This document shows positions 42,604 to 53,207 of a DNA stretch of 64,000 nt, piece after piece. Position 1 is the stretch's first letter; each line of letters opens with the position of its first letter. The stretch lies in contig OZ251224.1 of the NCBI GenBank assembly GCA_965240325.2, positions 310,001-374,000 on the forward strand, written 5' to 3'. The position numbers were made by a program, and so were the translations under genes. The DNA comes from Rebecca billardiae RCC1528. Its lineage: Eukaryota > Protista > Haptophyta. Below the pieces are notes generated by a model. The model had not been told where the DNA came from, made no database searches, and was given only the letters and a program-made list of their open reading frames with translations.

Positions 42604-44022
42604 TCAGAACAGCCGCCCGCCCTTTGAACGCAGCAGCGCCGCGCGCAGCTGCATCGAGCCGCTCGCGCGCCGACGCCGGCCACTCACCGGCGGACCGCGC
42701 GCGACGACGCGGAGCGCACGACCCCCGGCGCCATGCGCGTCGGCGGCGGCCGTGGCCGCGGCGTGCCCAACCGCCCGCTCCGAGCGCTCGAAGCGCGCGA
42801 CGAAGAAGCCGTTGGTGCCGTCCTCCGGCAGGCAGCGCACGCACAGCGCGCACTGCTCCGCGCTCAGACCGACGCCGGCGCTCTGCTCGCCGCGCCGGGG
42901 CCACGTCGGCAGCGCGTCTGCGAGGCGCCAGCCGGCGGGCGCTGCCTGGCGCAGCGCGCCGTCCACGACCGCCTCGTTCTCCGCGTGGTGCACCGAGCAC
43001 GTCGAGTACACGACGACGCGCGCCGACGGGAATCTGAGCGCGTGCGTCAGCAGCCGCAGCTGGACGGCCGAGAGCGCCGCCAGCCGGCCGTCGGCGCGCT
43101 CCGCGTCCGCGCGCGCGCCGTGGCCGTCGGGCGGCGCGCTCGCCTCGACGCGGCCGACGATGCCGCTGCCCGAGCACGACGGATCGACGAGCAGCGCGCG
43201 CACGCCCTTCCACTCGAGCGGGCGCGTGCCGAGGAAGTCCTCGCCGTGCACGCGGACGATGGGGCCGGCGGCCGCCTCGCCCACCCTGCGCTCGAGGAGC
43301 GCCGCCCGGCGCGCGTCGCGCTCCCACGCGTGCACGCGCCCGGCGGCACCGACCGCGGCGGCGAGCTGCGTCGTCTTGTTGCCCGGCGCGGCGCACGCGT
43401 CGATGCACGCCCAGCCCGCCCGCGCCCCGAGCGCCACGACGGGCATGCACGACGCCTTGTCCTGCAGGATGAGCGCGCCGCTGCACACGAGCGGGTGCGC
43501 GTGCACGTCCGTGCCCGGCGGCAGCGCGAGCAGCGCGGGCACGTGCGGGTCGCGCGCGACGGTGTGCCCGGCGTCGCGCAGCTCGCGCTCGACCGCGTCG
43601 ACCGACGCCTTGAGCGTGTTCACGCGCGCGTACCGCGGCAGCGCGGGCGCGGCGGCCGCCTGTGCGAGCGGCCCGGCGCTCGCAAACGCCTCGCGCAGCG
43701 CGGCGCGGCGCGAGAGCACGCTCGACATGGCCGCGCGCACCTCCGGCGCGCAGCGCCCTGCGCGACGTCTGAGGCCTTGGCCGAGGAGCAGGTCGTACGC
43801 GAAGAGCCGCGTCGCGGCGCGCGCGAGCTCGCCGGGCGCGATCGCGCATCCGGCCGCGTCCGTCACACCGTCGATCAGCGCCTGGTGCCGCAGCGTCTCG
43901 TGCACGAGCTTGAAGACCACGCGCTTCTGCTGCACGCGCGGGTCGAGGCACAGGCTCTTGGCCGAGCCACGGCGCTGGGCGACGCGCGCGAGGATGCGGG
44001 CAGCCGTCTGATACGGCTCCAT
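42604..44022 (-). CDS. NSUN5: NSUN5/RCM1-type rRNA cytosine-C5 methyltransferase
   Basis: LPRYARVNTLK; LILQDKASC; IDACAAPGNKTTQLAA; LLVDPSCSGSG; VVYSTCSVHHAENEAVV; TNGFFVARF. Confidence 0.92.
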   Translation of the reverse strand: MEPYQTAARILARVAQRRGSAKSLCLDPRVQQKRVVFKLVHETLRHQALIDGVTDAAGCAIAPGELARAATRLFAYDLLLGQGLRRRAGRCAPEVRAAMSSVLSRRAALREAFASAGPLAQAAAAPALPRYARVNTLKASVDAVERELRDAGHTVARDPHVPALLALPPGTDVHAHPLVCSGALILQDKASCMPVVALGARAGWACIDACAAPGNKTTQLAAAVGAAGRVHAWERDARRAALLERRVGEAAAGPIVRVHGEDFLGTRPLEWKGVRALLVDPSCSGSGIVGRVEASAPPDGHGARADAERADGRLAALSAVQLRLLTHALRFPSARVVVYSTCSVHHAENEAVVDGALRQAAPAGWRLADALPTWPRRGEQSAGVGLSAEQCALCVRCLPEDGTNGFFVARFERSERAVGHAAATAAADAHGAGGRALRVVARGPPVSGRRRRASGSMQLRAALLRSKGGRLF

Positions 44023-44328
44023 GCTCTCCCTCACAAGCCTTTTTATGAGTGGAGGCTGCGGGCGACGTCAGCCATGCTGGCGACGTAAATCGAGGGACGA
44101 GGCCGCAACTCGCGAGCGCGAAGTGCCGAAGTCCACGACCAGCGAGCAAGGTCGCGGGTAAAACGCGCTTGCATTTTTACCCAGTGTCGTAACCGTGTGA
44201 AAGTTGAAAGTGGCCGTCCTGGCGTCCTCGCAAGGTCGGCGCTCGGCCGCTCGCTCGTCTGGGCACGAAGCTTTCCCCGGCCCGGGCGGCGGTCGGCAGG
44301 GCGGGCGACGCACCCGCCGGACGGCGAG

Positions 44329-45897
44329 ATGATGGACCCTTCCACCCCGCTGGGCGAGATGATGCAGATGGCGATGAAGAAGAAGTCGCACGACCTCAAG
44401 CAGGAGCGGCTGGGCTTCGAGAGCAGCCCGGCCTTCTACCGCAACTCGCTGTACATGTACCAGGAGCTGGCCGCGCAGCGCGCGCTGCCGTTCGAGCAGC
44501 GGCTCGAAGCGGCGGAGAAGTTCAAGAAGCGCGGGAACGACGCGTACGCGGCGGGCAAGTACGACGATGCGTGCAAGGACTACGAGCGCGCGCTCGGCGT
44601 CGTGCGCTACTACGAGTGCACCGACCCCAACTGGCAGCACAACGGCTACAAGGACGAGACCCTCAAGCAGATGTGCCTGCGCGGCGAGACGACGGAGGAC
44701 GCGGCGCGTGTCGACGCGCTGCTGCTGTCGTGCTACCTCAACATCGCCCAGTCGCGCCTCCTGCAGAAGGAGAGCTACGACGAGGCCGTCGCCGCGTGCA
44801 ACGAAGCGCTCAAGCTCGATCCGCCGCTGGTGGCGCAGGCCAAGGCGCTGTACCGCCGCGCGCGTGCACGGTCGGAGCCGCTCTCGGCGGGCTCGACGGA
44901 GGTGGAGATGGCGGTACAGGACCTGGTGCGCGCGGCGAAGATCGCCCCGGCCGACGTCCACATCCGGCGCGAGCTCCTGCGCCTGCGCGAGGACGCGCGC
45001 GCGCAGCGGCTGAAGGACAAGGAGACCTTTGACGGCCTCTTCGAGCGCGGCGAGGTGTACGCGCCCGCCAGCGCGGAGGAGGAGGAGCGCACGGAGAAGG
45101 AGCGGGCGGCGCAGGAGCAGCGCGCCTCGCGCGACGAGCTCGCCGCGATCGAGGGCGTCATCCGCAAGTACGAGCGCGAGGGCCGGCACGAGGACGCCGC
45201 GCGGCTGCGCACGGAGGTGGAGCGCGCCAAGGCCAAGGTGGAGGCGGACAAGCACGCGCCGATGGACTGGCTCCACCCGACCGAGGAGATGGTCAAGGAC
45301 GCGAAGGCGCAGGGGATCGACCTGCACGACCCCCAGGTCGCCGCCTACCTGCAGCGCCTCGAGGACGAGCGCAAGGGCGGCGCCAAGGGCGGCGCCAAGG
45401 GCGGCGCCAAGGGCGGCGCCAAGGGCGGCGATAAGGGTGAGCACGCCGCCGCCTCGAGCGCGGCGGCCGGCGGCGCCAAGGGCACTCGCAGTGCCGCCGC
45501 TGGCCGCCAGAGGCGCAGCCGGAGGCCCGTCCTCTCTGCTGAGGAGAAGAAGCGCCGGCGCTGGCTGCTGAACGTCTCGTTGGCATTCATCGCCATGCAG
45601 GTGATGCCGATCATGGGGTGGGTGTATCGCACCGCCTTTGGCAGCGCCGAGCCCGCGCGTGTGCACGGCAGTGGTGGCGTCGGGCACGCTGCGGGCCGTG
45701 CGCCATTCGAGCAGCCGCAGCGCGTGCCGTCGTACGCGGCCTCGGATCCGCCGCTGCAAAGGCACGCGGCACCGGTGGACGAGGTCTGGGCGGACGACGT
45801 GGCTGCGCAGGACGAGGCTGCGCAGGACGAGCCGCCGGCTGCGCACGAGCCGGTGGTGCACGTGCACGAGGAGCTCTTCCACAAGGAGGAGCTGTGA
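44329..45897 (+). CDS. TPR-domain protein (FKBP/CyP40-type TPR triplet) with a C-terminal hydrophobic segment
   Basis: AEKFKKRGNDAYAAGKYDDACKDYERAL; SCYLNIAQ...AVAACNEALKLD; AKALYRRARA; GGAK repeats; WLLNVSLAFIAMQVMPIMGW. Confidence 0.82.
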   Translation: MMDPSTPLGEMMQMAMKKKSHDLKQERLGFESSPAFYRNSLYMYQELAAQRALPFEQRLEAAEKFKKRGNDAYAAGKYDDACKDYERALGVVRYYECTDPNWQHNGYKDETLKQMCLRGETTEDAARVDALLLSCYLNIAQSRLLQKESYDEAVAACNEALKLDPPLVAQAKALYRRARARSEPLSAGSTEVEMAVQDLVRAAKIAPADVHIRRELLRLREDARAQRLKDKETFDGLFERGEVYAPASAEEEERTEKERAAQEQRASRDELAAIEGVIRKYEREGRHEDAARLRTEVERAKAKVEADKHAPMDWLHPTEEMVKDAKAQGIDLHDPQVAAYLQRLEDERKGGAKGGAKGGAKGGAKGGDKGEHAAASSAAAGGAKGTRSAAAGRQRRSRRPVLSAEEKKRRRWLLNVSLAFIAMQVMPIMGWVYRTAFGSAEPARVHGSGGVGHAAGRAPFEQPQRVPSYAASDPPLQRHAAPVDEVWADDVAAQDEAAQDEPPAAHEPVVHVHEELFHKEEL

Positions 45898-46465
45898 CGC
45901 ACGCGCCTGCAATTCCCGTACGGGACAGTACTAGTACTTGTACGGCATCGTTGTGGGGCGGGGACACCGGGCCCCGACACTGGCCCCGAGCGGGCCGAGG
46001 CGTGCGCGAGCTGGCTGGAACGCGGCGCATTGGTGCCGCCGTTGGATGCTTCGTCCAGCGGCGTCGACGTTCAAGAGACATGAGACTCGTCGTGATGAGA
46101 CTCTGCGCGCGGACAACATCCCGGGCCCGAGCCGCCGGGCTGGCCGCAGTAGGCGGCTGGCCGGCAGCCCCCCGGGCCGGGCAGCGGTCGTGACCGTCGT
46201 GAGCCCGCTGTGACGCGCCGGCGGCACGCTTGGCACTTTGTCACAGTGCTAGCCAGGGAGCCTACGGCCCTGTCAGCGCTGAGTCGCTGACTGCCTACTC
46301 ATCGAAAAAGGTACCGAGTGTCAGACGTAGCCTTGAAGCTAGGAAACAGCACGCAGGCGACCATCGGCATCAGCACGCGCGCGCGACGATGACGATCCGG
46401 CGAGGATATGATGACGACGATGAAATAAACGCGTCCCGAAAATGTATATATATATATATATATAT

Positions 46466-46782
46466 CATAGCCCACGCGGGCGCACGGGGGCGACAGCCGC
46501 GGCTGCCGCTTGCCGGAGCTGCTCGCCGCTAGGTCGGCGGGCGGCGACATCGACTACGACCTCACCCTCATCCAAGTGCTCCGGAAGGCGCTCGGCCGCG
46601 GCGGCATCTGCCGTCGCCGCCGTGTGCCCCAGGCCGAGGCGGTGCTCCATCCCGGCCCCGCTCCCGTAGGGGGGCAGGGCTGCGGGTGGCGCACTGTCTG
46701 ACCTGGTCGGAAGGCGCGGACGCATTCTATGTGTCTGTTGCACTCTGAGCCTGACGCTTGTCCGATGCTGCCACGTCGTTAA
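46466..46782 (+). mobile_element. 5'-truncated non-LTR retroelement 3' end inserted in (TA)n; longer sister of 33147-33367
   Basis: Same 3' end, different 5' truncation point, TA runs on both sides. Confidence 0.75.
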
Positions 46783-47141
46783 ATATATCATAGTCGCGTA
46801 CGACTACTATCAAAATGCCTCGTCGCTTCTTTTTCGTCATCGTTGTCGTCCAAAAATCTCCATCATCATCAAGAAAACTGAAAAGACCGTTTGGGTACCA
46901 TACCAACTACCAAGGCCCTTGGAAGACCATACTCTGCAAGGGTGCTGAAGAGTTGCTGATGGTGCGCCGAAACAGGCGCACACGGCCAAGCGCAACAGCG
47001 CTGCCGCTTGGCTGCCCCTGCCGGCCGTGAGCGGACGCACTGCATCCCAGGCAGACCAGGCACCGCGCCGCGGGAAGAGGCTGCTGGGCGTGAGTCTCCC
47101 ACCAGCCGCTGCGGCATTCTCCCCCAAGGCACACGGCCCAG

Positions 47142-48383
47142 ATGGCGCAGCAGCCGTCGTACTTCGGCTCGGCTGAGCCTTTCGTGACGTACCCGCCGAC
47201 ACCGTTCGCCGACGCCGAGAACCTGCCATCCCCAGGCCGCTCTTCGACGTCGGGCGCGGCGCCGTCGTACGCAGCGCAAACAGGACCGGCGGGAGCGGCG
47301 GCGGGAGGTGGCGCCGGCGCCGCAGGCGGGTATCGCGCGGAGCCGACGTCGCCGCCCGTGCCGGGTGACCTCGCGTACGAACCGTACCGCGACGGCTCGG
47401 GGCAGCCCACGCCGCAGGCGCTCATGCCCTCGCAGGCGGCGAATGCGAACGCGAGCGCCATCCCGCCGGTCCCGCCGGACTGGGTGCCTGACGACAAGGT
47501 GGTGGGGTGCATGCGGTGCGCGAAGCACTTCACGCTCGTTGTCCGCCGGCACCACTGCCGCATGTGCGGCAAGATCTTCTGCGCCGACTGCTGCTCCAAC
47601 TTCTCGCTGCTGCCGCGCCACTTCAACCGCGCCGACCCGCAGCGCGTGTGCGTGCGCTGCTTCGAGGTGCTGCTGCCGATGCAGCGGCAGCTGATGCTCT
47701 CGGTGAGCAAGGCGGCGCGCGACGGCGACTACCGCCAGCCCACCTTCAACGCGCCGACCACGCGCTCGATGCGCAAGGAGATCGCCAAGGCCGCCGGGAC
47801 GCTCGCCGAGTTCCAGGGGATGCCGGACGCGCGGATCCCGGCGCAGCTGCTGCAGCGCGCCAAGGGCGTCGCATTCATCACGATGCTCAAGGGCGGGTTC
47901 ATCTGGGCGGGGAAGATGGGCACGGGCCTCGTGGTCGCGCGCAACCCGCAGTCGGGCGGCTGGAGCGCGCCCTCCGCCCTCGGCGCGTTCGGCTGCTCCT
48001 TTGGCCTCCAGGCGGGCGGCGAGCTCAACTCGATCGTGCTCGTCCTCAACACAGATGCCGCGCTCGCCGCCTTCTCGGGCACCGGGCACGTGACGATCGG
48101 CGCGGGGCTCAGCATCGCGGTGGGACCGTGGGGGCGCTCGATCGAGGCGGAGGCGGGCGGCGGCGACGCCGGCGCCATCGCGTGCTATTCGTACTGCGCG
48201 GCGAAGGGCGCGTTCGCCGGCGTCGCGGTCGAGGGCAGCTGTGTCTTCTGCCGCGCAGACTTGAATCAGATGTTCTATGGCCGGCCTGTGACGCCCAAGC
48301 AGCTGCTCACTGGCCAGATCCCACCGCCGCGCGCCGCCGGTCCGCTCTACCGCGCGCTCGAGGTGGCGTCCACGCAGGCGTGA
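47142..48383 (+). CDS. FYVE plus SYLF (Ysc84/SH3YL1-type) domain protein
   Basis: WVPDD...CMRC...RRHHCRMCGKIFCADC...RVCVRC; IPAQLLQRAKGVAF...KGGFIWAGKMGTGLVVAR...WSAPSA. Confidence 0.93.
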   Translation: MAQQPSYFGSAEPFVTYPPTPFADAENLPSPGRSSTSGAAPSYAAQTGPAGAAAGGGAGAAGGYRAEPTSPPVPGDLAYEPYRDGSGQPTPQALMPSQAANANASAIPPVPPDWVPDDKVVGCMRCAKHFTLVVRRHHCRMCGKIFCADCCSNFSLLPRHFNRADPQRVCVRCFEVLLPMQRQLMLSVSKAARDGDYRQPTFNAPTTRSMRKEIAKAAGTLAEFQGMPDARIPAQLLQRAKGVAFITMLKGGFIWAGKMGTGLVVARNPQSGGWSAPSALGAFGCSFGLQAGGELNSIVLVLNTDAALAAFSGTGHVTIGAGLSIAVGPWGRSIEAEAGGGDAGAIACYSYCAAKGAFAGVAVEGSCVFCRADLNQMFYGRPVTPKQLLTGQIPPPRAAGPLYRALEVASTQA

Positions 48384-49398
48384 GTCTAGCGGCGCGCGCA
48401 CCCGCCACGCCGCGCAGGGGAAGTCTGCCGTTCCCGTCAGGCAGCACACGAGGGGGCTCGAGCTGGCGAGTCGTGAGACCAGCTTCGGAGGGAGCACGGC
48501 GCGCTCCGCAGCCACACGCAGACGGGCACGTGTTCTTACTAGGCGTACGGCAGAGGCACAGGGCGCGCGCAGAGGTACGCGGCGGCGCGCAGCCGTACTG
48601 ATACCGCTCCAGGGCTGCCGGCTGCGCCAGCGCCTGCGTAGCCGCTCAGGCGTCACTCAGTCAGGGCGTCAGGCAGCCGATTACGGCCCGCAGCCGGGCC
48701 GCAGGCCCTGGGCCGCGCGGCGCGGGCGCCGCCAGCCGCTGACGGCGCTCACCATCTGGACACGGCTCGGGCTCCAGCTCCGCAGGCGCAGGCGGTTCGC
48801 GCCGTGACCGCGACGCCCACTGAGGCTACTCAGCTCCGCGCTAGCTAGTAGCTATACTCTTAGCTACGTCTAAATTGGCCCTGCCAGCCGAAGTCCGTCT
48901 GTCCGTGAACCAAACTGGACCATGCAGCCGAGGCCCGAGTCCCAATTCCGATCCGCCCAATTGGCAATTATCACTGACCCAATTGATTGAAAATTGATGA
49001 CTTCATTATTCCGTGCTGCGTGAAAGACGAGAAATTATAATATATATATATATACATGGCAGGCCGAGATTGAGTGAGACCACTCATTACCTACCTAACT
49101 AGTACCTCCCAATTATATATATATATAGAGCGGGTTCAGACTCTACTTAATGTTTACTATTATGTAATTAGTAATTACGACCCGGCGACCCTTATACAGT
49201 GAGTAACTATACTCAGGAGTTTCAGCACAGAAGCCTGCACAGGCCACAGTCCGGGCCAGCGATCCGGACACCTGTATACATATGCGCAAATGGTACCCGG
49301 ACTAGGTATAGTTAGTTATATATAAAAATAGAGGCTTCTGAACCTATATTGGAGGTTTGATGCCTGGTGGCTGATGGGATAATAATCCGGGATATGTA

Positions 49399-49429
<31 letters not shown>

Positions 49430-50052
49430 GCTGCCGTCATTCGTCACTCGGATGATCCGCATCATCATCATCGGCATCTGGCCGTCATATCACATCACAA
49501 GTCCAAGCAGACCAAGGGACCGCCTGGGGTGGGCCTCTAGCAGGAGCGATCATTGTAGATCGAGATCATCAGACGAGGCGGCCGGCCGATCCCGCGCCGA
49601 TCTCCAGCCATGGCAAGATGTACTCGCTCCAGTGACCGGACATGCACGTTTAGACGTTAGGCGGTCACCCAGAAAGAAAGAAGCCGGAGCCCTATAGCTG
49701 ATCGCGCACAGACAGGCTTCGCCGCTTCGCACTCTTATTATGCGCGCTGCCGCGCTTAGGCAGCTAGTCCGCTACTAGTCGTTAGTCATGACGATGAATG
49801 ATCCGCCCGCCATTATCCGATCGAGTAGTACAGTAGCATCCGCCGAGTCAACAGTAGAAAGCAAGTCGTTCACCAGTCGTCATCATAAAGTTCACTACAA
49901 GTGAAGTGAATTCAACGACCAGGCCCAGCCACCAGGACCGTAACCCCGATGCGGAGCCGGATGCCAGCCGTCCTGCGGGCATCAGATCGCGGACCGTCTA
50001 AGGCTGGACGAGAACTATAGCTCGAAACGGACGACAAGCAGAGCCCAGAATA

Positions 50053-50928
50053 TTAGAAGGCACGCAGCTCGCCAACATCCAGCAGCGGCTCGTCGTCGTC
50101 GTCCGGCTCGGCTTGAGCAGGAGCTGGGCTTGCCGAGCCTGAAGCTGGCACCGCGTCGGATTGGCTGGTTCCCAGTCCGTCTGAGTCAGCCGCTCTCGCT
50201 CTCCCCACCCACTCGGCGCCTGCCGTCTCCGACGGCGGCTCCGACGGCGGCTCCTCGTCGGGATCGGGCAGCATCATTCCATCCGGCGTGCGCGGCAGAG
50301 GAGGGTTGAGCCAGAAGCTGCCCGGCGTCGCCATGTCGTCAATTCCGACGGCCACGAGGTCATCAAGCAGGACGTCGCAGCTCGCATCCATGATGGACAC
50401 GTCGTCAGAAGTCCACGATGGCTCGACAATCCCAAGGGAGCGCATGCCCGCGGCCATCGCCTCAATGGTGACCGCGCGGTCATCGCTGATCACGACGCAC
50501 CGGGCTGGCAGGGGGACGCGCTCGCCCTCTGCAGGCTTGGAGCCAAAGCCATCTGATCCACCAAACCCAGTCGGCTGAATGCGCGCACGCCTCCTCACAG
50601 ACGTCAGCGCTTCTTCGCTCGACACAAACGTCAGCACATCGGGTTGGCCGAGGTGGTCGAGCCCCGAGCCATCGACCCAGGCGTGCTGTGCGACAGCGAC
50701 GCCGATGCCCTGCTCGAGGGCTTCCTCCACAATGCGCTCCAGGTCCTCCGCGCAGAAGCCACCGCTCACATCCACCAGGAGTAGCTCAACCGGGTCCACG
50801 TTGCGAATCATCTTGATCCGCCGGGGAGCTGCTGCTGGGCGAACGGTCCATGCCCCGCTGAAGGAGGCCATGGCCCCCTGATGGAGGCCATGGATGCTCA
50901 CAAGCGTCAAGGCCAGTGACGCCGCCAT
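50053..50928 (-). CDS. Hypothetical protein with likely signal/transit peptide and a HAD-like C-terminal motif
   Basis: MAASLALTLVSIHG; PLPARCVVISD...AMAAGMRSLGI; GSFWLNPPLPR. Confidence 0.7.
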   Translation of the reverse strand: MAASLALTLVSIHGLHQGAMASFSGAWTVRPAAAPRRIKMIRNVDPVELLLVDVSGGFCAEDLERIVEEALEQGIGVAVAQHAWVDGSGLDHLGQPDVLTFVSSEEALTSVRRRARIQPTGFGGSDGFGSKPAEGERVPLPARCVVISDDRAVTIEAMAAGMRSLGIVEPSWTSDDVSIMDASCDVLLDDLVAVGIDDMATPGSFWLNPPLPRTPDGMMLPDPDEEPPSEPPSETAGAEWVGRARAADSDGLGTSQSDAVPASGSASPAPAQAEPDDDDEPLLDVGELRAF

Positions 50929-51273
50929 CGTGATCCGCTGGATCTGCGTCTGTAATGCCAACGGAAAGTAGCTAGCTAGTCTAACGTCTTGTAAGTTGTA
51001 GTAAAGTATCAACAGTAGTTAGTTATCAATAGGTCACAGTATACACCTCCGACGCCGCACAATGTTTCAGTCCTGAACGCACATATGATGATAGCTCGTC
51101 AGATCGATCGACGCCGTCGCCCCCCAGCCGCTCTGGCAAGAGATTGTAGTACACGGTCGCATTCAGCCGCAGCAGATCTCGCAGAACGTAATTCATCGCG
51201 CACGCGTCCCGGACGCCGTAACTCCGACGCGACAAGCGTGCCCGAGTAGGGAGTGGTGCTACGAAAATCGTCG

Positions 51274-52771
51274 TCAGTCGTCCTCCTCCCCAAGATTCTG
51301 CCCGGCAAAGCCACCCATCGGCACTGGCTCGCCGCTCGCGACTTGTCCCAATTCCACGAGCCGCGCCTCCATTGTGCGCACCGTCTGGATGGCCGACAGG
51401 AACTTGTTCAGCGCGACGACGAGGGCTGCCACCTCCACACGGTGCATGCGTGCCGCGTCGCCGCCGCGCCCTTCCTTGCCAAGCAGGATCTGCATGGCGG
51501 TGTTCAAGCCGAGCGTGCCCACCTTGCCGTGCAGCCTGCGACCCACGCGGACGCGCGGCATGGGTGGGAGCGTGGCAGCGGCGCGCGCACGGAGGATGGT
51601 GAGCACGGGCGAGCCGTGGCGGCTCTGCAGGCGGGTGGCGGCCTGGCGGGCGGCGCCGAGTGATCACATGGGGCGCGGCCACACCTGCACAGCGAGCACT
51701 GCACGCAGTTGATGATGCGATTCAAGTCGCGCGCGCGGAGCCGCGCCTGCCAGAGCCCCACGCCGCCCTGGTACGACGCGTGCCTCTGCAGGTTGTCCTG
51801 CGCAGCAAAGACGCAGCCGCCGCAGCACAGCGGCATCTGCAGCAGCTCGTCCATCAGCCCGTTCACCTCCGCGTCCACGTAGTCGTAGCCGCGCAGCCGC
51901 TCGGAGGCGACGTTGCACGCGTTCAGCACGATCATCGTCGCGTAGTAGAGGTTCTCCACCGCGCCCTTCTGCTCGCGCAGGCGCCTGCGGTACTCGGCGA
52001 GCGCGCGCTCCTCGTCGCCGTCCTCCAAGATCGACCTGACAATGTGCGCAGACACGCTCGCGTGGAAGCCAGACACCGCGCGGTTGAAGTCCTGCTTCCA
52101 CTCGGCCTCGCCCTTGAAGCAGATCTTGTCGTGCACGAAGTTCCAGATGAACGCGCCTTCGTACTTCGTGTTCATCTCGGGGTACTCCTGCAGGTCGTAG
52201 TACGTGTCGCTCGGCATGTCCCAGCGCGCCCAGCCGTCGAGGGCAAACTCAAACTCCTCGAGGTCGCGCTCGATGATCTCCTCGGGGATCTGGTCGTCGT
52301 CGGCGGGGAGGCACTCGCATTCAGCGAGCGTGCACTCTTCTGGCGCCTGCGGCAGGTACGCGCACGACGCGAGCATGTCCACGGAATAGAGCCTGCGTGC
52401 GTGTGCCGCGCGTGCAAGCACAGCGGCCGTGAGTATGCGAGGGCAGCGCCGCCGCGCGCATGGAGCGGAGAGGACGCGGCGCACCGAAAGAATGGGTAAT
52501 CGCAAATAGGCTTGAGACGCTCGAGTGCTGTGTCGACTTGCCGGTTCACGGCGTCCACGCCGAGGTAGAAATCCTCTGCGCGGCTGGACTCCATGAAACC
52601 GGAAAACCAATCGACGGGGGGCGCGGCGACGTCATTGTCGACGCTGGCTGTCACGACGCCCGCACGCTGGCGCGGCGTGCGCGTGCGCAGCTGGAGATGC
52701 GCTGCATCAAACGCCAGGGCCGGCTGCGCCGCGAGGACAGCCGCAAATGCGCAGCCCAAACGCCCAATCAT
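51274..52771 (-). CDS. ERO1: Ero1-family sulfhydryl oxidase (3 exons)
   Basis: PFFR|LYSVDMLASC; YYDLQEYPEMNTKYEG..IW; FNRAVSGFHASVSAHI; RIINCVQCSLCR|LHGKV..LGLNTAMQIL. Confidence 0.9.
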
Positions 52772-52972
52772 CGCGCCGGCACGGGCGCCACGGGGACGTC
52801 GGCGATCGAGAGCGGTCGGAGAGACGATGGAAGCTGAGTCGGTGGAGTCCGGGCGATCTACATCTACATTTGGCCATTTCGCCCCATTTGGGGCGCTCGG
52901 CGTGACGCGTCGAGGGTGGAGAAGCAGGCTGGCAAGCTCGGGCGGTCGCACGTCGTCGCGACCGGGAGCTTG

Positions 52973-53155
52973 ATGGCCAAGAAGAAGGTCGCGCGGACGC
53001 TGATCAAGCTGGTCAGCGAGGCTGGCACGGGCTTCTTCTACACGACCACCAAGAACGTGAAGAACACGCCTGACAAGCTCACGCTGGTCAAGTACGACCC
53101 GCGGGTGCGGCAGCATGTCCTCTTCACTGAACAGAAGATCAAGCGCTCCAAGTGA
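52973..53155 (+). CDS. rpl33: Organellar (probably mitochondrial) ribosomal protein bL33
   Basis: [18 protein letters not shown]...[22 protein letters not shown]. Confidence 0.92.
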   Translation: MAKKKVARTLIKLVSEAGTGFFYTTTKNVKNTPDKLTLVKYDPRVRQHVLFTEQKIKRSK

Positions 53156-53207
53156 GAGCGACACCGAGGGCGACGACGACGAGCACGACGCGGGTGGTGG
53201 GAGCGGC

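Noticed and set aside
49104-49356. Possible MITE with ACCTCC...GGTTCAGA inverted ends
   Set aside because: Match is interrupted by indels and there is no second copy in the window; too weak to call
49741-49780. Canonical Helitron 3' ends (hairpin plus CTAGT) here and near 40262-40277, 48840 and 55925-55952
   Set aside because: Short motifs in GC-rich sequence with no matching 5' ends or repeated copies
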